Positions 32,560 to 51,533 of a stretch of DNA of 64,000 bases are shown here, piece by piece. Position numbers and translations under genes: made by a program. This stretch comes from the human T2T-CHM13v2.0 reference genome, Homo sapiens. The notes under the pieces were generated by a model, which was given only the letters and a program-made list of their open reading frames with translations, ran no database searches and had not been told where the DNA came from. The first letter of the stretch is position 1; each line of letters starts with the position of its first letter. The stretch lies in the NCBI RefSeq assembly GCF_009914755.1, contig NC_060939.1, one strand, 5' to 3'.

Positions 32560-33720
32560 GACTGCGCTGCACACTACACCTGACTCACCTCCTCTAGGCC
32601 TCACCCCGCCGTGGGAGGCAAGCACCAGTATTCGGCCTTTACAGGTGAAGACACTAAAGGCCGGACTTTACTCACTGACCATGGTTACAAGGGTTGGCCC
32701 TGAAATGCCAATCCTGGCCCACATCGCGGCCCGCACACGAGGCACTGCTTTTGGAGTGAACCGCACGCTCACAATACAAGTAGTTGGAGAGTTCTTCAAA
32801 GGAAAAAATAAAACTTCCTAACCAAATTGAGGCTTACAGAAAAACTTAGGCTCTACGCCCAAAGCCTGCGTCCTGGGCTCTCGCGTAAATATAAGTGACT
32901 GAGGAACACCGCGACCCACGGAGGTGTTACAAAAGGCACGATTCGGAGTAAACGCGGGGCACGTTGGAACTCCCAATTCGTCGGCGCACCAGCCAGCGAC
33001 GGCGGGAAGCCAAAGGTGGGGCGCAGGAGCCTCGGCCTCATGCGCCTCGGCCCCGCATCTCGGGCGCGGCCCTCCGCCTGGCGGGAGCAGGCCGCCCGCC
33101 AGACCCGGCCTTGGGCAGGGCCCAGGGCTCACGCCCCGCGCGCTCACCTTCTGCTCCTCCGCGGAGGCTGCCTCGGGGACTTCCGCAGACATAGTGCTCC
33201 CTCTGCAGACGAGACGCCGGGAAAAGATGCAATTAGCGGGTGGCCGAGGCCACCCGGCCGCCGCCCGTCCCAGCTCTCCCAGGGCCCGCCGGGCCGCCTC
33301 CGCCCGCGAAAATGGCCGCCGCCTTATGACGACACGGAGCCGCGAAACGCTCCGCTGGCCAAGGCCCTCGCACGCCGGAGCCCGCCTGCCCCTCCCGCAC
33401 CGCACCCCTACCTACTTGACCCCGCTTCTCCCGCTCGCTGTCGTCCAAACACTTCCTTTTTTCCTTCAAAGGTCGCCGCTCCTGCCTCACCTCACATCCG
33501 TTTGTGGCTGCCGAGTGCTTCCTGGGAATTGTAGTTTCTAAGTGGAACCGCCCCTCCCCGCCCTTTCCTGTCCACTCTGGTCCCCTCGTTCTAGGAGCTT
33601 TATTTTACTCTTTCCACTTACCCATCCTCGCCTAGTTCTGTTCTCCTCGCTCTCCGCTCTGTAGCCACACAGGCTGTCTTTTGGGCACGCCAAAAGTCTT
33701 GCTCCACTCTGCCACGCCTT
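32560..33720 (-). promoter_or_regulatory. CpG island / ARPP19 promoter
   Basis: Sharp rise in GC and CpG; ZNF143/THAP11-type ACTACAATTCCCA (33523-33535, minus), YY1-type AAAATGGCCGCC (33309-33320), GC boxes 33548-33563, ETS-like CACTTCC ~33450. Confidence 0.9.
33148..33192 (-). CDS. ARPP19: ARPP19 coding exon 1 (MSAEVPEAASAEEQK)
   Basis: ATG at 33192-33190; 45 nt; donor AAG|GTGAGC at 33147; peptide matches the known ARPP-19 N-terminus. Confidence 0.98.
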
Positions 33721-34702
33721 CACATCTCCAGTCCTACGTCTCTGCCTCAGAACCTTTCCTTCCTAAACCTCTACACTAGGCCAGAGCCACCTCTTAAAGG
33801 CTGTCACAGCCCTGTACAGTTCCTCAACAACATGAACTGTATCATTACACAATTGTCGTGACTTTAGGTCACCTTTCCTTCTCAGATAAGCCGCACCAGG
33901 GCAGGGATCTCGTCTGTAATTACTTATATTTTACTCTGAGGGTCCAGCACTTCCTAGATATCTAACGAAGGAATTCAGATTCATTTGTCCACTCCCAGGG
34001 GGTCCACTCCCACAAGCTTACCGAAACTGCTAGCATTGAGCTCCCCCAATGACCTTTTTATTTGCCAAGTCCTGCGGCTTCTTACTGAATCCTCATTCTA
34101 CTTGATATCTGAATAGTTACTCGCAATGTTTGTTGGTTCCAACAAAGTGTCCCTCAGAAACTTGGAAATAAGATTGCCCTCTAAAAGTTAAACTAGTAAA
34201 AAGCCACAGAAAATGAATGCATTTCTGGGGGCAGGGGAACAATTGAAAGACCCTAAATGCCTGGATAAGGAATTTGGAAACCATCGAAACTCAACCAGGA
34301 TGTAGAATCTCAGACAGGAAGAATTGCACTGGAATTGCAACTAGAAAAACAAAAAGAGTTAATATTGCACTCCTTTTGGAGAAACGAAGGAAGGCATTTG
34401 TCAGCCAAGGAAGTATTGAAAATAAAAGGGTTCAACAGGCCAACTGTTTGACAAAGATATCCCTTAAGAATGTCTCACGCTGGGCTAGCTGAGAAACTGT
34501 AAGATCCACGACATATTTGTTCTCCTTCTATACTCACAAAGTAACATACTGAAAATTTGCCTTTCCCTTAAGCAGAACTGCAGAGAGAAAGAAGAGTGCA
34601 GTAGTTAGGCCACTGAAGCATTTAACAGTTGTATTTTTATTAATAAATTGACTGACGTGCTAGTATATGTCCTATATCAATGTATTTGTGAACTTGAGTT
34701 AA

Positions 34703-35199
<497 letters not shown>

Positions 35200-35609
35200 T
35201 AAAATTGGCTATGTGACCTTGGATAAAAAGAATCTGTTTCTGATAGTGACACTCGCAGAAGGGGAAGTTTGAATTTCTGGGGGCAGACTTTGGTCAAATG
35301 GAGAATTCACCATGGGCAATGCTCCACAATGAGGACCTGTCTGGAAAGCCATTCTTTCCCAACTAACACCACTCTGCATCATTATGAACCTTAATGTGTA
35401 AAACTGCACACTGGTCCCCAGCACCCTGTTTGTCAAAACTTCCTTCTCTTGATCTCCAGGATACTATTGTCTCATGGATTTCCTCCTACTTAACCTCCCT
35501 GTTGAATCTTAACCTGCCTCTTAATGGGAGGATTCTAACAGTTCTGTCCTTGGATCTCCTTCTCTTCTATGTTTACACAGCCTCCAGGAAATAACTTCCA
35601 CCTTCATAG

Positions 35610-36212
<603 letters not shown>

Positions 36213-36238
36213 GGACATTCATAGTCTAAACTGCCATC

Positions 36239-41780
<5,542 letters not shown>

Positions 41781-41789
41781 TATTCTAGA

Positions 41790-42050
41790 TTAGTGCTGTC
41801 TTATAGCAACTTGTGTGATGGAACTATTCTATATATGTGCTCTCCAATACAGTAGCCACTAGCTACATATGACTATTGAGCATTTGAAATGTAACTAGGG
41901 CAACCAAGGAACGGAATTTTTAATTAATTCTATTAGCCATAGGGAATAGAATCATGGAATGACCCTTTAGACAGAGATTCTCACTAAGTTTGGGGCAAGG
42001 TCCAAGAAGTGATGTTTAACCAAAGTTCCCCTGGTGATTCTGATGCATAC
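41790..42050. mobile_element. MER3 (~41790-41930) and MER5A (~41950-42050) hAT fragments
   Basis: CCAATACAGTAGCCACTAGCTACATATGACTATTGAGCATTTGAAATGT; CCCTGGTGATTCTGATGCA. Confidence 0.7.
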
Positions 42051-42518
42051 ATGCACAAAATAGTTTTTTGATTTGGAACTTGATAGGTGTATAAAAGCTT
42101 TAAAAAGAACAGGGTTCTTTTTGAGGTTTAGTTGGCCTAGTTCAAGAGTTTATAGGAATAAGGAGATGAAGTAATGTCTCCCTCCATTCAATCCTCAAAC
42201 AATTGAGAGAGGAAATTCACCTTTATCATCTGAGTGTAGCAAACACCAAGAACAGAATACATTTTGAATGAGAGGAAGAGACTGGAAAATCAACTCAGGG
42301 AAAACAAGTGAGATACTGAACACCAAAAATCCTGGGATGAATGGTGATTTCTATGAGCAAAGCCCAGAGATTGTTAACTGAATAAACAGGTCAGATAACT
42401 GTAAACAGCAGTTTCAACAACTTGCGTGTTGAAAGTGGAACTTAGAAAGTGGATGATCCCACTTCTCTAGAGACTTAGTGGTTGGAACAGGAAAATTTTG
42501 AATAAATTAAAAAGAAAG

Positions 42519-42830
42519 GGCTGGGTGCGGTGGCTCACGCCTGTAATCCCAGCATTTTGGGAGGCAGAGGTGGGCGGATCACCTGAGGTCAGGAGTTCGA
42601 GACCAGCCTGGCCAGCATGGTGAAATCCTGTCTCTACTAAAAATACAAAAATTAGCTGGGCATGGTGGCAGGCACCCAGCTACTCAAGAGGCTGAGGCAG
42701 GAGAATCAACTGAACCTGCAAGGCGGAGATTGCAGTGAGCCAAGATCACGCCACTGTACTCCAGCCTGGGTGACAGAGAAAGACTCATCTCAAAAAACAA
42801 AAACAAAAGCCAAAACAAAACAAAAAACCA
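42519..42830 (+). mobile_element. AluS
   Basis: Alu consensus, (CAAAA)n tail. Confidence 0.93.
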
Positions 42831-43099
42831 GTGAACAATAGGGTAAAAGGGGACCTGGAAGAGACTTGAAAAACTGAATCTTTACCTCATGCCTCCTGAC
42901 AGTATATTACGTCGAATAGCTTCTGAGTTGCATTAGGATATTCATTCCCAAAGTTGTAGGTTTTAAAAAAACTGGACACTTGAGGTAGGCATTTCCTTAC
43001 TATATCTCACTTACCACATGGAAAGTTATTATCTTCACTTCCAAGAATATTGATGGAAAGTATATTTCTGGTGGAAAAATATAATGGAAATGAGGAAAA

Positions 43100-43320
43100 A
43101 AGGCAAAATATCACTGTAGTAGAGTGAAAAAGACAATCTTTAACCCAGATTGGAATTCTGGTTCTTCTACTTATTGCCAGTATGACCTTGGGCAAGCTTC
43201 AAACCCCCTTTTAACTGGAGAATAACTAGAATTTCCACTCTTTTTCTGAAGTATGGTTTTTAAGGACTCAGTGACATATAAACTGACTGTACAATGCCTA
43301 GCACATTGCAAGCATTCAGA
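43100..43320 (+). mobile_element. MIR
   Basis: TATGACCTTGGGCAAG core and CAATGCCTAGCACATTGCAAGCATTCA 3' end. Confidence 0.7.
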
Positions 43321-43923
43321 TATTCTCTTCCTTCTCCCCATGTCCACATTTTTGCCATATCTCCCACAGACAGCCCATGATGGAGTAGAATGGGCTGATT
43401 CCAGTGCTATATACGGATAGTCTAGGGATTTAGAGTTAATGCTCACCAATATGAAAAGCCTACTTCCGTTTAGATTGATCCTGTTTTCCTAGGTCTAGCA
43501 AACCATATGGTGTATCACATACCAAATTTTCAGCAGTCACCAGCCCTGTTAAAGCAGTAGCTGCAAAGGTCAACTTGAGGGAGGGGACTTTTACATTTAC
43601 TTTATATACTTATATGGTGTGAACATTTTTTATAATAAACATGTATTTTATGTTTATAAATTAAGTTAGAAAAGAATCACCACTTTATTCATAAAGTTAA
43701 TTAGGAAAGAGTGAGGATTTCAAAGATGAAGGCTTTGAAGGAGAAATTTTCCCCTTCCTTAGCCCTCAGGGAATGACAGATCTGGTGAGGGCAAATGGCA
43801 AGAGGGGAGAAACTTCCGTTGGGTATTTTCCAGCTAGACTTCATCACTTTGATTTTTTTAATTCTGACAGATTTTAGCATTCTCATCGAAGAAAATCTCC
43901 AAAGGTTATTTGTGATCCCATAG

Positions 43924-44189
<266 letters not shown>

Positions 44190-45619
44190 CGTAGTTCCTT
44201 TTTAAAGGGAGTTATCAGTTATGACTCATTTTACTGATCTGCAACACTGCCAGGTGGGCCTGCAGTAAGATCTCTCGTATCTATCACAGGTAACCATGTT
44301 GGTTGTCTGCTGGTATCTTTCTGTGCATGCCAACACTCAACTGTTATATAATCCAGTGACATAATCTTTGAATACAGATAATAGAGATGTGGTAATGCCT
44401 TGGCCTATAACTACACAAGGGTAGAGAAAGAACCAGCGTGATAGAGACAATGCCAGGGCAAGTGAGAACAGACAGACGCTGGGTAATTATACCTCACAGA
44501 GGAAAAACATAAGTGAAAAAGGCCCTAAGAAGTAGAGGAGCAAAAGGTCAGCACGTGCTTGCTCTGCACAAACTTTCCAGGAAGAAAGCACAGGATGCAC
44601 CCAGGTGTTCCATTCAACTTCAAAGTTTCTAAAAAGTGCTCAGAAACGTTGGAAGACTGTTTACTAGAAAGAATTCCGGTGTGGTATCCATGCAAAAAGA
44701 CACCTGCACACAAGTATGTGACTATTTTTTGGGTAAACTTTACTGGAGAGGTCAAAAAAGAAATTTAAAAATGTTTTTGATGTTTTTCAAGTTTTATATA
44801 AAATTATCAATATTGACTTTTGCCAAATGCATATCTAGATTTATGTATCGAAATGCTTATTTCAAGGATTAGATAACAGAATTTAAGAAGAGAAGGCACA
44901 TTAATCATATACTCTCACCACATTTTCTCAATCACACAGACCTGGAAACATTAGGGGACTCCTAGAGTCAGTTCCATCAGATACCATTAGAGCTGGGACT
45001 ACAATCCAAACCTTTGGGTCCTTGTCCCATCTGTTTTCCACACAGTCTAAAGATTGAAAACAATCTTCATAAATTTGTACCACTGAAATTTTTTTTTTTA
45101 GTTTTATGGAATATAAATAGCCTTTTTTTAACTGATATTTTAAAAGAAATATATAAAAGGTATCTGCTTGCCATTCCACAGCCTGCTGGCCTGCAGCCAC
45201 ACACTCATCACCTGGACTGATAGATTCTCTTAAGCGGTCTAATGCCTGGGTCCAAAAGTAGATTTTCTCCTTTCCCAATTCCAGACTGCTTACCAGGTTC
45301 TAGATTCCCAGGTCTCCTGGGTCTGGCCTACTTGAGTGGTCTTTTTTTTTAACCTGCGGTCATAGATTTCTACCAGCATTCCTAGTATTTTTGCCTTGTT
45401 ATTTAATCTGCTGTTGCCCGCTGTCTGAGCACAAACATCTAAAAACCACCCTGTTCTTTCCAAGGGTGTTGGAAGACAGATTTCTGATGCACTTAGTGAT
45501 AAATTGGGAACAAGACTCAAGACATCTTCCCCCTCCCTCTTTGCAGCTGTAGAGCTAGAATGAAAATGTCTAATGGCTAATTCACTCAATCACATAAATG
45601 TCTCATCTACAAATAAAAG

Positions 45620-46467
45620 CCAAGTACACGTTTCTTAGTTTTTTTTGAATATATTTACAATATAAATACTAATTTGTTTCCAAAGTACATATTCTTTTAA
45701 CAATTTGAGAAAATTATCTAGCATACGACAGTAATTTAATGTAAAGACTCTATAGTAGTGATTAAGGAAAAATAGAACTGTTTTGGGGATAAGGAATCCT
45801 GGCTATGAATGGGCATGATGATCTGAACTTGCAAAGGGAAAGTGAAGCAGCTTAGTCCACATTGCACTGCTAATACAATATGTTAAAGGACTACTATGTG
45901 AGATAGCAACCTGGATATGGTGTTATAAAAACTAAACATGAGAGATATAAAAAGTACACATGCTTGCATAGTGTGTTACTTTTAAAGAAGCTCAACATTT
46001 TATTCTCATTTTCAATAACTTAAATGAACAGCACTTAACACATTACACAAAATTAAAGACTTGTGCATATATTTGATTTCAACATTAATGTCAAAAATAC
46101 ATAGTATGATTTTACATAGGATTTGTGCTACATTAGAACACTAGAGACAAACATCACTTGAGTATTAAGGAAAACATTAAATATTAAATAACTGAGAAAA
46201 TGTGTAAACACTAATCTAACTGGGGGTTTTGCTATTGCAACATGTCCAATGAAGTGGTTTCAACAGTACAAAAAGGATTAGGACATGAGTTTTTCCAGTC
46301 TACATGGAATATATGGATTTCATTTCAGGAATCCTTTCATAAAAACTGGTCCAGGATAACAGGAGAGAATCCACTCTCCTGATTGTTAATTTGGTACACT
46401 CCATTCTATGCTAATTTTTACTTGCAAACTTGGGTACTGAGTAAATACTTTAAATCATCACTCCTTA
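45620..46467 (-). other. ATOSA: ATOSA 3'UTR (~0.85 kb)
   Basis: AU-rich, repeat-free; AATAAA 45999-46004, ATTAAA 45735-45740, distal variants AATATA 45650-45655 and AAGAAA 45631-45636; Pumilio TGTAAATA 45652-45659; miR-30 8mer 46203-46210; end approximate. Confidence 0.7.
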
Positions 46468-46621
46468 TCAACATCTTGGTGAAAACTGAGGGTTTGTTGG
46501 TGATTCAGTGTAAGATTTGAGTTCATATGCAGCACCGCTATCAACCTCCATTGACTTTCTAGAGAACAGGAGCCGTACGTCTCTATGGAGGTAGATCTTT
46601 CCAGATTTAGAACTCTGGAAC
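46468..46621 (-). CDS. ATOSA: ATOSA last coding exon (RFQSSKSGKIYLHRDVRLLFSRKSMEVD...PQFSPRC*), C-terminal chromosome-segregation-like domain
   Basis: 154 nt, phase 2; acceptor TTTAG|G; TGA at 46470-46468 followed by TAA. Confidence 0.95.
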
Positions 46622-47826
46622 CTAAACAAATAAACAAAATATAAAACATTTCAGAGAACGAGTCTTTAAAAGAAACTAGAATAATTAAAATTTGAAAGTA
46701 GGAAGAACAAATCTTGCTACAATATTAGGTCAACACTAACTCTTTAACATGATATTTAAGATCTTTCTAAAGACCAAAGCATATGCTTTTATTTAAATGC
46801 TGCTCTCTTACCATTCCCTAAATAACTCATACTCCTTTTCCTTCCCTCAGTGCCTGAGATGCTTCTTCCTGTAAATCTGAGTGTCAAATAAATCTTACTT
46901 TTCCTCCCTGACTCCACAGTACATGCACCTTTCCTCATCTGCAGGTTCATGTGGCAGTTCACTCACATTACTCAATAACATTACATTTGGGCTCTGTAGC
47001 CCTGGCATCTTCTAGCTCCATAGACTGACCCATTTCACACAGCTTAGCCTCCCATGATTTGGGGTAGATGATAAAAAACTGCTATAATCAGCAGTGGCTA
47101 GGCTAAGTAAAACCCAGCCACCATCAAAAGTCAAGAGAAAAGTTAGCAGTAAAATGAAAATGGCTATCAAAACTGTATATGAAACTGTTTCTATCCACTG
47201 CTAATATCTGTAATACAGTGCAGGGATTTGGAATCTTCACTCACATTAACTTACCTACCAAACAGACAAACATACCCTGTAGTGCTAATTTCTCTTTGTT
47301 TTTCCCTTGGCATAGCATAAATACTCTCTGGGTTTGTGGATTTTACTCCTGAACTAGCTGAAAGATGTGGTGGTTACAGCTCTGTATGTTAAAACAGACT
47401 GGCTCTGACTGGCTCACTCTTCCCTCCTTTCTGAAGTTTTTCACCTTCCCAAACTGAAGGAGAACATTCTTTGGGAAGTGTACAGTTTTCCCCAAAAAGG
47501 TTTCTTTAAAGTATCCTGTCATTATGTGGAGATTATAAAAGCTAAGGTGGCTGATTTTTACTCTGGCCAGTATTGGTTTTGGTTACAAATAGCTATGGTT
47601 GTTAAACTTCAAGAGGAATGCTGTCAAATGCAAGTTTAACCAGAGAGGGTTGAATCTTTTTCTAGTTTGGTAGGTATTCTTATAGTCTGCTATTTCATAC
47701 CATGTCATTCATTCATTCATTCATTCATTCATTCATGTGAGAGTCTTGCTCCTTTGCCCAGGCTGGAGTGCAGTGGTACAATCTCAGCTCCCAGGTTCAA
47801 GTGATTCTCCTGCCTCAGCTTCCTGA

Positions 47827-48012
<186 letters not shown>

Positions 48013-48440
48013 TAAAAAAAGTTTTCCAAGTCTGTTTTTCATAGATTTTTCATTCCCACAATCTGTGTAACATTTCCCATGTGGCTTACATCAGGTAGTG
48101 TCAGATTTGGTTGAAATACATTGTGCTGGCTGAACACGTCTTTTGCATACAGAACAGGCAGAAGACTGAGATGAAAGAACTAATTAAATAGAGCTTTGGG
48201 GAGAATAATTAACGGACTTTCATGTATGGGACTTGAGTGTACAGCTCACTGCTTATTCACTCCAGAACACCACTGCAAGGCATATATAAAGAAAGATAGC
48301 AGGTGGTCCCCATCAGCAATAACAGATTGAAGAAGTCTTCTGCCTGGACCCGAGATGAAAGGTGACTCCTCCTGATGAACAGAGTGAGACTCCGTCTCAA
48401 GAAGAAAAAAAAAAAAAAAAAAAAGAAAAATATAAAATGA

Positions 48441-48767
<327 letters not shown>

Positions 48768-49058
48768 TAAATAGTATTCGTTTAGAAAATGTGTTTCACT
48801 GCCCCAGATGCATGTGTTTTGGCATAAAATATTTTATATTAAACAGCTATAAATGAAAACTTCCCTAATTCAACAAGTAATGACCACCACAGGAAGGTAT
48901 GCCATGTACTTTCGGCATCTTGGCACATCATCAAGAGTTCCCAAGCTAAGCAAAGTCCCAAGGGACACTGGTCTAGTTAGAGTCACAGTTTAAAAAAAAA
49001 AACTAAAAATTTTAGAGTTGTTCTAAAGTAACATTTTCATATTAATTTGAAGCATTAC

Positions 49059-49258
49059 CTCAGATGTATGAGGTAGCGTAATAACCGTTCTTCTGTGTGT
49101 CGGATGTTCTCTTTATTAACACTTCTCTTCACTTCTTGTTTAACAGGTACAGAAAAAGTTCTTTGTCGTAGGAATGTCTGATGATTGGCTGGCATATCTC
49201 GTAAATCATATATCACAACAAACATCTTCACCACAGTCTTATTAGGATTAAATAAGGT
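49059..49258 (-). CDS. ATOSA: ATOSA penultimate exon (TLFNPNKTVVKMFVVIYDL...RLLRYLIHL)
   Basis: 200 nt, phase 0/2; acceptor TTCTTCAG|ACC; donor GAG|GTAATG; matches ORF 49055..49270. Confidence 0.95.
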
Positions 49259-51464
49259 CTGAAGAAACAATATAGAAATTATTCTTTAAAAATAGTGATT
49301 TGTTGATGTGATTCAGAATGATTGTGCCAATAATCAAACAAGATTTTAAACAACAAGGTAATACCACTGAATATAATTCAGTTTCAAGGACTAAAATTAA
49401 CACAATTTCAAAAGTTTAAGAAATAATATTATTTTTTAAAAGGTTCAATTTTTTGTTTTACAATAATATAAGGTCCAATAACAAATCAAAATCTTTAGTC
49501 ACAAATTTCATATATATAAATTTTACTCCTTGTTCAGAGGAGCAACTTTAAGGAATAGTTCCAGTAGCTTAAGCAAAATACATCCTTATTGGGTTAAAAT
49601 ATTCCAGTTCAATTATTTCAAACATAATAGCTTTGCTAAAGAGTATCAAGTTCAAACTTCTCAAAATTGAGTTTTAATTTTTCTCACATTTTAATAGCAA
49701 ACAGAATATTTCAAATAAAAATACAAGCTCTGTAAAATTAGCATGTTTGATGTCTTAGGTACATATGATTATTATAAAATTTAAAATAGGTGCTCAAAGA
49801 AGAGACTTTTTCCTATCTGAACATTTCCCCAAGTTTAGAAAACAAAGCTCACTATTATTAATTAATTAGATCTAAAGTAGGCTAATACTTCATTTACTCA
49901 TACATGGAATCATTTCAAAATTTGTAGCAACACTAGCCCTTAAAAAATTCTCAATATTATTATAGACCAAAATATGTATCCTGGTAAAGACTGAATTAAA
50001 TTCAATTGTTGCTTGGTTATGAATAATTGAAGGAATATTATTTTTAAAGTACTCGTTTTGAAACAAAACCCCAAGCTGCTGATCTGACTTTAACCAAATT
50101 ACCAACACATCAATAGGTAACTTGGTACCCATGCTTTCAGAAGCTCATCCGTGGCACTGGACATCACTCACTGAATCAAAATGAGAAATATATCAATATC
50201 ATAATCCAGTTTTTGAAATCTAGTGAGTCTTAAGATTAAGGCTAATACATTCAACAACCACACCTCATAAGCCAGGAGTTCAAATCATGTTTATACACAG
50301 TTAAACTGTATACAGAATAGAAGACATATAATTAACCACTAAAGCTGGCAGTCTCCAAACAAGAGGTGAATGTGTTACCTCCGAGTTTATGATTCATTAT
50401 TATCACAACTGACAGCTAGCTTTCCACTGACCCACACTTTCTCATGAGCTGCATAGCCGAAGGCAAGAGAACACTGTCACTCCTTTACTTCAAGAAATCG
50501 GTTTACTTGTGGTATTCTTGTGGTAATTCCTCCTCAAACTTATATAAATATTACTATATATGTGTGTATATATATATATACACACACGTACACATGTTAC
50601 ATACTTCTGTTTCATTCCTGTGTGATATGAAATAAACAAATATACAGATTCCTTGCAGTATTGGAACAATGATGATGAGTAAAAGTGATCTGACAAAGTA
50701 CTGAACACACTGAGGTCAAAGGTCATACAAAGGCTTGTTGGATTAGATCAAATCCTGGGTATGAGGAGCAAGCCTTAGCTAGACTCTCTTTCAGTCTGCA
50801 AACTCTGTAATAGATTTGAGGGCTTGCAGGATTACGCTGGGTCAGATCTAGAGTTAACTCAATTTCAAGCTGGCCTTAATATCAGATTATTCTTCTGAGA
50901 ACCCTAGACCAGGGATGATGAAGGACTGTTCTGAGACAGCAGGACTCTCCTGAGCCAAAAGAGATCAATGCCTAGACCAAAAGGAATGATGCCTTCTCTG
51001 CCCTGACATCTGTCAGACTATATTTCTGCTTTGTGTGGTCATCTCATTAAATCAATTTTAGAAATTATTAGAAATAAAATAATTTTGTTTCCCAAGTTTT
51101 CCTGTGAAAGCAATTCTAATATTTGGGGTCTCCTTTTAAACAGGTTCGTCTCAATTTGGTTTATTAAAAAGAAGGCACCAGTAATATTAGGTTCTAAATA
51201 TGTATTGAAGAGTCCTATTGAAGTTATGCAAACTGTCATATGCTATTTTTCTTAAGTATTCACCTTGATTAGCTTATTAATGCTTTCCTTTTATGGAGGT
51301 CCCCAAATGGTCATTCCTGGGGCAGAGCAGGGGAACTCCAAACAAAGCTGCAGCCCCACTGTTACTTACCAAAGTTGTTGCAGCAGCAGTAGCAGGAGAA
51401 AGGGCTAAGTTCTATATGTATGTGAGAGAATGATTATTGCAATTGTAGGCTATAAAACACATAC

Positions 51465-51533
51465 CACTTGTATTGTTCCTGAAGGAGGTACTCGATAACC
51501 CCTTTTACCAAGGGACTCTAAAGTAATCACACC
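51465..51533 (-). CDS. ATOSA: ATOSA exon (GVITLESLGKRGYRVPPSGTIQV)
   Basis: 69 nt, phase 0/0; acceptor TTTCAAG|GGT; donor GTG|GTATGT. Confidence 0.93.

Noticed and set aside
32818-33541. Long overlapping ORFs (195, 205, 172 aa) on both strands
   Set aside because: They reflect stop-codon scarcity in a CpG island and low-complexity Arg/Pro/Ala/Gly content; only 33148-33192 matches ARPP19 and it ends at a consensus donor
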